Source: Octopus vulgaris (Eukaryota). Taken from it: a stretch of DNA of 64,000 nucleotides. The translations under genes and the position numbers were made by a program. The stretch covers positions 6,820,001-6,884,000 of the forward strand of contig OX597836.1 of the NCBI GenBank assembly GCA_951406725.2, written 5' to 3'. The first letter of the stretch is position 1. Every line of letters begins with the position of its first letter. This document shows, piece by piece, positions 12,611 to 25,460 of the stretch. A model generated the notes under the pieces. It saw only the letters and a list, made by a program, of their open reading frames with translations, was not told where the DNA came from and searched no databases.

Positions 12611-12876
12611 GCGCTTATAAGTAACTTTTTTTTAAAAAATATTATTCATCCATCTGCTCGCTTTCAACCGGTGCTGACGGGGTGTAGATGCGGTTTTTAG
12701 AACCATTTGGCGTCTATTACTAGCATGTTGGTGGGGTTTATCTGCACCCTGTAATATTATTATATTTATATAATTGTATATTAGTATATAATTATATTTA
12801 GATAATTGTGTATATATACACATACATACATACACACACACACACATACTTATGTATGTGCGTGTATGCGTGTGTA

Positions 12877-12934
<58 letters not shown>

Positions 12935-13205
12935 GCCTAATTGTGATTTTGGTGTGCGTTACTTCTTCCGTGCAGTAAACTGTTAATATTGAGGAGATGA
13001 GGAGGAGGATCTGCGCTCTTCGTAAGAAGCAAGATGGCTTCAGTGGCGCATTGATGTAACGAATATGAACCGCGGTTTCGATCATGGAATGCGTCAGATG
13101 AGACACAGATCACAGACACGTATAAACACTCACAGACAGTCACAGACAAATGCTCAGAGGGACGTGTAGACTTTGGTCCAGTCAAAGACTCACAAATACA
13201 CACAG

Positions 13206-13257
<52 letters not shown>

Positions 13258-13360
13258 ACACACACACACTCACACACTCACACTCACACGCGCGCGCGCG
13301 CAAAGACACGTCCTTTGTGTTTCTATTACACAATCTCTCAAACACACATTAACACTCAAG

Positions 13361-13396
<36 letters not shown>

Positions 13397-13899
13397 CAAT
13401 GGCATACACACACAGATACACTAAGTGGCATACTCGATTATCCACGCACTCATACACACATATATAGAGAGAGAGACACACATATACACACACACACACA
13501 CACGCACATGCACCATACACGCACGTGCACATAGAGTTTTACACACACTGGTTACGCTCAAACGCCCACACATACACGCTCGAGTGTGCAGTGTCATACA
13601 CACGTACACGGAGTCATATACATATATACACACACACACACACATAGAGTAATATACAGGCACAGATACACAAGGTGGCATACTCACTTATCCACGCACA
13701 TACACACACACACACATTTATATACACAGACACACACACACACACCCGTTGTTTCTGTCTCTCTTACACACACAATCCCTCAGACATACACTCAGAGACA
13801 CAATCATACACACACACACACCCAAACAAGCGATTGTGAGATACAATAAAAATCACCTCTTTCTACCCCACGCCCACCTCTTCCTCCACCAGATTATTT

Positions 13900-13901
13900 T
13901 T

Positions 13902-13948
<47 letters not shown>

Positions 13949-13956
13949 CATCATCA

Positions 13957-13994
<38 letters not shown>

Positions 13995-14025
13995 GTTATT
14001 ATTATTATTATTATTATTATCATCA

Positions 14026-14107
<82 letters not shown>

Positions 14108-14139
14108 CATCATCATTATTATTATTATTATTATTATTA

Positions 14140-14181
<42 letters not shown>

Positions 14182-15091
14182 TTATTATTATTTTTACCAT
14201 TATTATCATCTTTATTATTATTGTTGTTGTTCTTGTTGTTATTGCTGCTGTTTTCCATCTTCATCATCATCATCATAGCCTTCTTCATAATCATCTTCAT
14301 CGACATTATAATTACCATCATAAACATTATTATTATTATTGTTATTGTTATCATCATCATCATCGTCATCATCTTCATCATCGTTATCATCATTATCATC
14401 ATTATCCCCACCACGACTACCATCATCATCATACTCATCATTACCATCATCATGAACATCATCATCACCATCATCTTCATTATTAACCTTTTGTTGTTGT
14501 TGTTGATGTTGTTGTTGTTTGTGTGTAAATCAATATGGAGGCGACTAGAAGAATGGAAAAATTCTCTGGAAGTGTGGAGAGGTAAAATTTGATGAGATTT
14601 TAACGGGATTTTTGCCAGGAGTGAGCTAGGGGTTTTCCTGTTAGGGAACAACACACATAAATAGGGGGGAGGGGTGGGCTTTCTTTTGAAAAGGCACGGA
14701 GGAAGAAATTATTCAAATACAAACCCTGTCATTTCATTAACGAAATGAATACCACCACCATCACAACCCGCACCACAACCACCACTACGGCCACTACCAT
14801 TACCACCGCCACCACCACTCACAACCACTACAACCACCACCACGACCACCACCACTGCAGCCACTACTATTACCATCACCACCACAGCCATAACCACCAC
14901 GACCATAACCACCACGACCATAACCACCACCATTATAACCACCACTACTACCACCATCATCACTGTCACCACCACCACTACTATGACCAATACCACCGCA
15001 ATCAATAGTTAGTACCACCATCTCCTCAGCTATCACCAATACTACCATAGTTACTAAGACCCTAATAATTATCATTACCATCATCATCATC

Positions 15092-15155
<64 letters not shown>

Positions 15156-15238
15156 CCATATCATCATTATCATCATCATCGCCATCTTCATCATCATCAT
15201 CATCATCATCATCCCATATCATCATTATCATTATCATC

Positions 15239-15277
<39 letters not shown>

Positions 15278-15790
15278 GCCATCATCATCATCATCATCTT
15301 CATCACCATCATCATCGTTGTCGTCATCATCATCATCGCCATCATCATAAACGTCATCATCACCATCATCATCAACATCGTCATCGTCATCGGCGTCGTC
15401 GTCCTCATCGACTTCATCAGCATCTTAATCCTTATAACCATCAACGCTATCAAAATCATTATCGTCGTCTCCATCATCAACCTCACCATTGCTTTTGTAT
15501 CGTAATGAAGGCCGTCCTTGGCGACCGTAGCGTCGTGACGGCATCGGCGGCAGCGTTGTCGTGATTATCATCACCCCCACCGCCGCTACTATCACCACCA
15601 CCATCACCACCACCACCACCACCATCACCACCACCATCACCACCATTTTCCTCACTATCATTATCATCATCATCACCATCACCACCACTACCACCACAAG
15701 ACCCACCTCTGTCACTACTACTACTGCTACTACTAGTGCTGCTGCTGTTGCTGCTACTGCTGCTACGCTACCATTTTCATCATCATTGTC
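13900..15790. repeat. Compound trinucleotide microsatellite field (TTA, CAT, CAC) with a ~220-bp unique island at 14520-14745
   Basis: Read directly. Confidence 0.95.
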
Positions 15791-16289
15791 ATCACAATGT
15801 TAATCGAGTCACCCAAGAACTGACTCACATTCAATTAAACAAAAGCCGCCTCTGCTACACCCCTCGCCCCGCCCCAACTTTTTTGCAAAGAAATTGTCTT
15901 TTTGTTTTCTAAGGATAAGACAGTAACAACAACAACAACAACAACAACAACTTAGAACGTAAGTTATGAGGCTGAAAAGATAGTGGCTTAGAGCTTTTGG
16001 TACATTTATTCAATCCGATGAGGGAGGCACTTTCCAATTCGTCAACAGGATCTTAGCTATATGCTTACAACTGTTGAAAATTTCCGATCAGCAGTGAGTT
16101 AGAGTTCTTAGATCTAGTAAGGATCTGAGTTCTTTCAGCTACGCATAGCTAACTCCCCCATTTTCTTCTTCCTGATTTCGTTTTCGTTTTCCGGTTTTTC
16201 AGTCTTCTACCGTTTATATATACTTCCTTCTCGCCTCTTCTCGTTTTTTTCTCTCGTCCCCTTTTTAGTTCGTTATGCCATGTGATAAT

Positions 16290-16356
16290 TGTCTGATGAT
16301 TGTACTAGGACACCAGACGTGTTTTAAAACAGTTTGGCATGAAACTAACAGTAACA
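16290..16356 (+). ncRNA. Type I hammerhead ribozyme-like motif with extended stem II
   Basis: UGU-CUGAUGA-...CCAGAC.G.UGUUUUAAAACA.GUUUGG.CAU-GAAA-CU(AAC)AG-UA/ACA. Confidence 0.5.
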
Positions 16357-16452
16357 CAGAGGAACGTATATTATGTTTATCAAATATTTATCTCTCATCA
16401 GATAGAATACTTTTTTCTTCATATCACTATCGCAGAACAGTACATTATACAT

Positions 16453-16512
<60 letters not shown>

Positions 16513-17544
16513 ATTCTTTTACTCTTTTATATATATATGCATGTATTTGTATATATGTGTGTGTCTTTGTGTCTGTCTCTTTGTCCCCCACCAACGCTTG
16601 ACAACCGGTGTTGGAATGTCGCCCTAATCTAGCGGTTCAGCAAAGTGACCGATAGACTGCGTGCCTCAAAACTCTGGAACTCCCATACTATAGCCTCATT
16701 ACCGGATGCAGTTTGAAGTCTTGATCGGAACAAATAGTAAGTGAACGTCCCAAATTCGCACAGAAAACTACACGCCTTAGAGACTCAACTGGTAGATATT
16801 TTATTGATCCCTGAAGGATGAAAGGCTAAGTCGACCTCGGTAGAATTTTATGATAATTATAATGGCCATGGAGCAACAACAAAAAAAACGACAGAATAAT
16901 AATAACAGGAAAGCAATAACAAAAAGCTAGAAAAATAATAATGCGGCAACAGTTTTAATAACAACAACATAACAACAAGAACTGTAATAGGAATGGTAAC
17001 AACAACAATAACAACGCTAACAAAACAGAAAGAAAACACAACAACAACAATAATGACAACAGGAGATAACAGCGCCAAGAACAGCGATGATAGCAATATA
17101 AACAGCTGTAGCAATGACAATATGAACAGCAATAATGACAACAATATAAAACAGTAGCGGCGATTTCAACGGTGGTTATATAAACAGCAGTAACTACAGT
17201 AAAACAAACAAACATTGTGAACGATAACAACAACAATATCAACAACAACAACAACATTATCAACATTAGCAAAAAACAATATTATCAACAACAACAACCG
17301 CAATAGCAACAACGACAATATTATCGACGATAGCAACAATGGCAACAACATTAGCAACGATAACAAAAACAATAGCAAACAATAACAGCCATGAATTGTC
17401 TGAGGTTATTTTTTTTAGTCCGCCATTTTATTTACTTTCCATTAAGAAAAAAAATTTCTCTCCCTTATCTCATTTTTTCGTTGTTATTTCAACTTCCCTT
17501 TGTCTATCCTCGTTCTCCTCCATTACTTTCTCTCCCTCTTTATT

Positions 17545-17577
<33 letters not shown>

Positions 17578-18181
17578 CTTTGCCGTTGTCTTTCTCCTTC
17601 TTATCTTTCTCTCTTTATCGTTCTTTCCACTTTGTAATTCAGCCATCTTAATTTTTGATTCTGAGATGGTAACCGAGAACGAGAAGGAAAGGGCAAAGGT
17701 AAGAAGGGAGAGCGAGAAGTGAGGGCGGAGAGAGAGAGAGAGAGGGAGATAGGGAGGGAGAGAAGGGATGAACTGTAGGGATGGGAGGTGCAGGGGGGAA
17801 ATGTAAACAGTTGTAAACTAAAAAGAAAAATATAAACAAAAAGATCTGAAGGCGGGAACGGATAAAGAAGAGAGGACGAAGGCGAAGATAAAGAAGAAGA
17901 GAGGATGAGAAACGAAGAGAAAGAATGATAGTGCATGCAATGCATGTATAAAAGTGTATGTGAAAGAGCGAGAGAGAGAGAGAGTAAAAGGGGGGAGGAA
18001 TTTTAGGGGGAGAAATAGGACGCGGTTGCAAAGAGGCAAAGAATTATAAGATTCTTTTTTAGTGGTTCTCGCAAAGATAATTTTTGAAGGAGGTTGAAAG
18101 AATGCGAGAATGTGTACTCGTCCACCGAAAGCAACAAAAGACGGAAATTAGATGCAAAATTAAAAAGTTATAATAATAATG

Positions 18182-18264
<83 letters not shown>

Positions 18265-18481
18265 ATATGCATTGTCGATGTGAGAAAGCATTGTCGATGT
18301 GAGAACTATTACTACCCATGTATTTTAATTTAACTTAAAAAAAAAATGAACGAACTATTGAGTTTAGTTTAATGGCCTACCAATGTATACTATGAGTTTC
18401 TTTGCCCTAGGAGTCGGGAAGACACTCGGCAAGAAATGGAAGCAAATTTGAAAGAAGAAAAAAAAAATAATAATAATAATA

Positions 18482-18524
<43 letters not shown>

Positions 18525-18533
18525 GGAGGATGA

Positions 18534-18940
18534 TGGTTCCAATCTTTGGCACAGGCTCTCAGCAATTTCGGAGGAGGGGATAAGTCGATCGCATTGACCC
18601 CAGTGTTCAACTGCTACTTATTTTATCGACCTTCGAAAGGATGAAAGGCAAAGACGACCTCGGTGGAATTTGAACTCAGAAGGTAAAGGCGGACGAAATG
18701 CTGCTTTGCATTTCCCTCCGACATGCGAACGATTCTGCCAGTTCGCTCCCTTTAATTTTATTTCTATCATAGCCACAAGGCCTGAAATCATGGGGCAGGG
18801 GGTAAGTTGATTACATCGATTCTAGTGTTCAACTGATACTTAGTTTATCGACCCCCGAAACGATGAAATGCAAAGTAGATATCAGCGGAACTTGAACCTA
18901 GAAGGTAAAGAACTGGAAGCATAGCCGTTAAGTATTTTGC
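18534..18940 (-). mobile_element. Two tandem copies of tRNA-derived SINE family B (Meta-domain-like)
   Basis: Reverse complement GAGTTCAAATTCC...TTTGCCTTTCATCCTTTCG..GGTCGATAAA..AAGTA motif twice (18534-18752, 18761-18940). Confidence 0.85.
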
Positions 18941-18999
18941 CTGAAGATTTTGTAATTTAGGCAGAAGGCAAATACATGAAGCATATACGTTAAGTATAT

Positions 19000-20915
19000 G
19001 AGGGGGATACATTTTATTACACTAGCGCTGCTTTTATTTCATATCTGGGTTTGTGTTTATATACAGGCAACAAAATATAATATACAAAAAATATATATAC
19101 AAAATATATACAGCATACAAAATTATATACAGAATAAAAAAATGGGATAAGAACGCAAAATATCCAGACAGTTAGATGATAGAAAAAAAGGGACAACAAA
19201 ACATCCAGACAGATGATACAAAAAAGGGATAAGAAAAAAACAAGGACGAGTCATTCGGAGTTTTCTTTCCTCAGTCGAGTTCCAGATTTTGTTTGCAATT
19301 TCGGCTGGTTATACTCGAGATTGCTTCAATCTGGCCAGCCCCAGGGAAAAACTAAGCTAATAAGCACTACAACGAAAAGATTTATTCACATCCAAACCTT
19401 TTATTTAAAAAGTTTTCTACAGCATTTATAACAGTGGCCAACATATATTTCTACTGCAGCAACTGCACATTACTCTGCATGCAATTATGCATTCTAGTCA
19501 CTACAATTTCACCAAGAGTCCATCACTTAAGACGTTTTCAAAGGGAACTAATTCAAACAAACTTCCTGTGTTGGCATTTAGTTGAAGGTTACTTTTTTAA
19601 TCAAATTGAATTCTGCTCTTATAATCACCTCTACTGGTATTACAGTTGAATCATGGTTTGTAAAATGTTCGTTTATATTACGATCAATTGTTGCAATTTT
19701 GTTTACATTTTACTGCATGGAGGACATTATTTATTCAGAGGTAATTCGCTTATGTTTGGGTTTATACCCTCAGTTAATATTATCATTGCTGTTATTGCTA
19801 AAATTATTTTTGTATTATTTACAAAAATATCATTGTCACAATGTCAACTAGTATAATTACTATAGATGGTAATTTATGTTTATTTAAATGTATATTTAAT
19901 CCAATTCGGACATCTCATAAACTGTTCTTGTCTAGTGTTTATAATAGTATATTTACAAAAGAAAATTTGGTACATTAACTCCACACAAAAGTCACATCTA
20001 TAATCACCTAGTCTATAAGGTTTTGCTGTACTTCCCAGGTAACCGAAAATACTTTGTTACTATCTTTAAGTGCCCAAATTAGCTTACTAAAGCTGGTAGT
20101 ATTCATTTTGTCCCTATTTCTAAACGAACTTAAATGATCTGCAATTCTCGGCTTAATATAACATGAGCTAGTTCCTATATAGAAATATTCTCTATCCTCT
20201 GAGGTAATCTTACATCTGTATACGATATTTTTACGTATGCAATCAGAGTCAAGCGGACAGACCCTGTACCTTGCACAATCGCACTAACAGTTCTAGTACT
20301 TCCATCACTATCATTCACTTCACTTACTCTAGATGTGATTTTTATATTCGCCTGTCTATCTTCTAAGCTTTTAGTCTTCTCCAAAGAGACAACACTCTGA
20401 GTAATTTCCCTCTAGAATTCACAACCACTTCTTCCAGGTCACCTGTGGAGCTCCCTCGGATCTCTTCAACTCCATTGGTTGTCAAGTCACAGTTTCTATC
20501 CTGATACCCAGCTATGTCACCCACGATTTGTCCACTCATGTTGACATTGTTGCTATTTATTGACATTTAATTATAATTCTGGTTAGTATTATTGCTACTA
20601 CTCACATGGAAACTTTTAAATTTACTATCGTTGAGTGAAGCTATAATTTGTGCTAGATTTTTGCTATTACAGAAAGCCCATCTAACCTTATTTGTATTAA
20701 AAAAATTCTATATTATTTACTGTCTTCTGGAAAATGTTTAGTCAATGCCGAATAAAACAATTTCATTATATTGGAAATTATTTGTTTTCCGAAGGAAATT
20801 ATATACCATTCGATATAGCTAGAAGTATCCATGTTACTAAGGTATGTATTTCTATTTCTACCTAAGCTTTTTGTAAAAGTGTGTAATTTTTTTCTGTTTT
20901 TGTACAGCAAAATCC
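19000..20915 (-). mobile_element. Penelope-like element, 5'-truncated: RT C-terminal region, GIY-YIG endonuclease and 3' terminal region
   Basis: Minus-strand translation WYIISFGKQIISNIMKLFYSALTKHFPEDSK*YRIFLNTNKVRWAFCNSKNLAQII, then CPLDSDCIRKNIVYRCKITSEDREYFYIGTSSCYIKPRIADHLSSFRNRDKMNTTSFSKLIWALKD...AKPYRLGDYRCDFC. Confidence 0.85.
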
Positions 20916-20917
20916 TT

Positions 20918-21055
20918 CATTTCACGTTGTTCTAGTACACTCCGCACAAATGAGTAATCCAGCGACGGACAGGTGTCCCGTCCATATACGGAATATATAC
21001 GCCAGGAAACCGGGAAACCGGCCCTTATGAGCCGGAGTGACTCGAGAAGGACTAC
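20918..21055 (+). mobile_element. SINE family C-related 3' part
   Basis: ATTTCACGTTG...AAATGAGTAA...GTCCCGTCCA...GAAACCGGGAAACCGGCCCTTATGAGC. Confidence 0.55.
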
Positions 21056-21628
21056 TTTTTAGGACAAGAGCTAGTGTTGAAAACATTATCGACCACTCAT
21101 ATTCAATATAAGCACACTATTTGTTCGCCGATTGGTTGCTATATAACGCGATGCAGACGACTCCATCAAAGTGCCTTATGTTAAAACACCTGAAAGGAAC
21201 GCGCAGTTCGATAGACAAAGGACTTGATATATTACAGGGAGTGTATATACTTGATATATCACAGGGGGTGTATATTCTTTCCTTTCATTTATATATATAC
21301 ATATCGACATCCGCTGAGATTTGGTATCTATGTTGAAACGGCTTGTGTGTACTGTAATGTCCAAAGCACTATATAACAGTATCTGTGCATGTATGTGTGG
21401 GCTTCTGGCCGTTGTTTGTGAGTGTGTATGTTAGTGTGCGTATGTGTTGTGTGTGCGAGTGTGTAGGTGTATACAAGTGCACAAAATATCAGTTTTTGCT
21501 TAATATTTAATGCAGTCATATTATAACTTTGATATATTTCCTCTGCTGCTGTGATTAATATATTGTACAAAAACACGCCGGTAAATTTCCCGTCAAACAT
21601 ACGCTACGTTTATAGACACACGCACAAC

Positions 21629-21683
<55 letters not shown>

Positions 21684-22032
21684 CTATGTATATATATATA
21701 TATTTATATATATATTTGCATATACTCACATGGACTTCAACAAATACATATATCATATTAGTAGGTGTGGGTAGAGAGACAGGAGGGAATGGTGGTGGTG
21801 GTGGGCATGGTGGGGGCTACTGAGAGTTTGTTATATGTATAATAATCAAAGCTGTGATATATCCTAGATGCATATTAAACAGCGATGCCTCATGGCTATC
21901 GCGGCTGAACATTCATATATACGTACGTATTATTGTGTGTACGCATACTTTTCATAGATGGATATAGATTGATTTATCGATTTATATATGTGTATATATA
22001 TATATATATGTGTGTGTATATATATATATGTG

Positions 22033-22096
<64 letters not shown>

Positions 22097-22165
22097 TATA
22101 AATATACGTATGTATATATTTATACGTATGTATGTGTATATATGTATGTGTATATATATTTATAC

Positions 22166-22199
<34 letters not shown>

Positions 22200-22341
22200 A
22201 CAAGTACACTCATGTATGTATGTAAGTATGCATAAATGTTCATGTGCGTATATATATATATAAACATATATATATATATATAATATATATATATATGTAT
22301 ATACATGTATGTATGTAAGTATGCATAAATGTTCATGTGCG

Positions 22342-22375
<34 letters not shown>

Positions 22376-22403
22376 CATACACACACACACACACACATAC
22401 ACA

Positions 22404-22435
<32 letters not shown>

Positions 22436-22502
22436 CATACACACATATATATATATATTTATAAAAACGCAAACATACTTATGTATATAAACGTGCAATG
22501 AT

Positions 22503-22543
<41 letters not shown>

Positions 22544-23079
22544 CAAATCTAATCTACTTATCAAAATTAAACATTAGTATAAGAACGTCTCTCCATTTTC
22601 TGTTCTCTACTTAAACCGTGATCAACAAATGTAACTCCCCTCTCTCTCTCTATCTCTCTCTCTCTCTCTTCGCCTCCCCCGTACCCTCTCTATCTCTCTC
22701 TGTCTCTCTCTGTCTCTTGCTCTATTTCTCTCCAACTCTCTCTGTCTTTCTTACCAACTCATTATTCTTTCCTCTTACAATAATTCTCTCACCTCTTAAT
22801 CCTCTTTCACTTTTCTGATCTTCAGATATAGTCCTCCTCCCTCCCTTTCTTTCCTTCTTTGTCTCCCCCTCTTCCTCTCCCCCCTCTCTTTCTTCCTTCT
22901 CCAAGTGACCTCCGTTCGAGCTACACATTTCACACTTCCTGCATGGTAATACATCAATCCGCATCACTCCACATCACTCCACATCACTCATTCTCTCTAC
23001 AGGACGCTTAGTATTTGATTTACACTCGTACTACACAAGCCCATACACACACATACACACAAACACAAGATACAGACGC

Positions 23080-23167
23080 AAAGAATAAATCCTGATGTCG
23101 ATTTGCTCGACTAAAGGCGGTGCTCCTGCATGGCCACAGTCAAAATGACTGAAACAAGTAAAAGAAT

Positions 23168-23170
<3 letters not shown>
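23080..23170 (+). mobile_element. SINE family A 3' tail
   Basis: GTCGATTTGCTCGACTAAAGGCGGTGCTCC..CATGGCCACAGTC...AAAAGAATAAAA. Confidence 0.85.
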
Positions 23171-23215
<45 letters not shown>

Positions 23216-23293
23216 GCACACACACATATACACATATACATACACACACACGCATAGACAACGCATACATAAATAGATAGATAGATCTGTGAC

Positions 23294-23350
<57 letters not shown>

Positions 23351-23357
23351 AAGATAT

Positions 23358-23401
<44 letters not shown>

Positions 23402-24198
23402 GCAGGCAGGCAGGCAGGCAGGCAGACAGGCAGGCAGGCAGGCAGGCAAGCAGGCAGACAGGCAGGGAGACAGACAGACAAACAGATACATACACGTGTG
23501 TGTGTGTGAGAGGGGTCCCAAAAATATACCAAAAATGCTCAGTGAATTTCCCCGAAATATCGGTTCGTGCCAAAATTCCAGTCCATAACATAATGAAATA
23601 TACAGTAAAGTGAACGTCAAGACACAAATATAAATCTAGTCATACATATTGAAACAACATATATTCTGTATAGATTTTCCGCTTGACAAAAGAAAAAATA
23701 TTTTTTAAAAAAACCCAAACGTTTCTGACAGCTAAATGACTGTAAAACAGATGTATACAAACTTCCGTTTGTTTCAGCAGAACATCAAACAGAACTGCAG
23801 ATTTTATATGTCTATTGTATCCCCAATCCGATTTTAAAACTTAAATTCGGATTCTTTGCCTCATACAATATGGATTTGCATCGAAAGAGATAGTATAGAC
23901 TTCGTGAGTTGATTGGTGGTTTGTGATAGATATATCCTAGCTGAAGTTTATGGCAAACATTCGCAATGTATAAAACGTGTAATTTACTTTGATCGTGCTG
24001 ATGAAGGCTTTGTATGTTTGTATGTACTTTTTTTACTATCGTTTGGCTGCCAAAAATATAGTCCTATGCCCAGGGAGAAATATTTGTGTAGAATATATAC
24101 GGATCACGCATATATATGTATGCGTGAAAGACAGAGACGTACGGTAGACGTCAAGATACATATGTGTATACAGACACACATAAACAAATATATATATA

Positions 24199-24284
<86 letters not shown>

Positions 24285-25047
24285 TGTGTGTAAAGACACA
24301 CACACGCAAATATATATATATGTATATATATATACACACACCTACGCACATATATGTGTATACACATACGAATATATATATATGCATATATATATATATA
24401 TACATTCACTCACATACACACATATATGTATACACACACAAATATATATATATACAACACATACACACATATGTGTATACACACATAAACAAATATATAT
24501 ATGCATATATATAAACACATACGCACACATATGTGTATACACACACAAATATATATATGTATATATATATATACACATACACATACACACATGTGTATAC
24601 ACACACACAAATATATATATGATTGTATATACATACACACATACACAGACATGTGTATACACACACACACACGAATGCACATACACGCACACAAATACAC
24701 ACATGCAAATTCACACACACACACACACGCGCTTAGTAATGAAAACATACTGAAATCCGATACCTCACAAATTTCGTACCTGATTCTACGTCTTCCCCAA
24801 TCACAATCAATCGACCGCGTGAATCCCTGGAACTTACGCAATAAACAAATAAAATTCTGTACTAAATATAACAGTAACTAATGCGATATATAAGTTCGGA
24901 GACAAACCATTGGATATCCTTATGAACAAAAGATCGTCCGAGAATATTACATAGATCTATTCAAGAATATAGCATGAAACGCTAGTTGATGGCTGCAGCG
25001 TATTTGCTCTGTCTTTCCTCCTCTCTCTCTTTTCCGGTCTCTTTCTT

Positions 25048-25082
<35 letters not shown>

Positions 25083-25294
25083 ATCTATCTATCTATCCAT
25101 CTTGCTCTTTATATATGAAGAGAGAAGGAGAAAGAGAGAAAGAGATGTAGATATGTATAGGCACACACAGACATTTATATATAAATATACGTACTAGTGT
25201 ACACAAGCACACAGATACACGCATGCACGCACACACATTTATATATAAATATACATACATGTGTACACAGTCACAGAGATACACACGCACACAC

Positions 25295-25460
25295 ATTTTT
25301 TATTGTCTCTGTGTTTATTTTCTCGTGTTCCTTTCTGTTGAAGAGCGTCGGCTCGAAACGTAAAAGACTTTCTCTTCTTCCCGAGCGTTAAACTAATACA
25401 CATGTTTGTTGTTTACACACCTGTCTTCGTCTTTTTTTTTTTGTAAATTCCAACCTTATA
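25295..25460 (+). mobile_element. ~170-190 bp non-autonomous element carrying a minimal hammerhead-like motif (copy 1 of 3)
   Basis: Homologous to 51358-51550 (-) and 63246-63411 (-); motif at 25331-25366. Confidence 0.75.

Noticed and set aside
13060-13100. Minus-strand CUGACGC...GAAACCGCGGUU with palindrome
   Set aside because: No stem II, A9 missing and no convincing stem I
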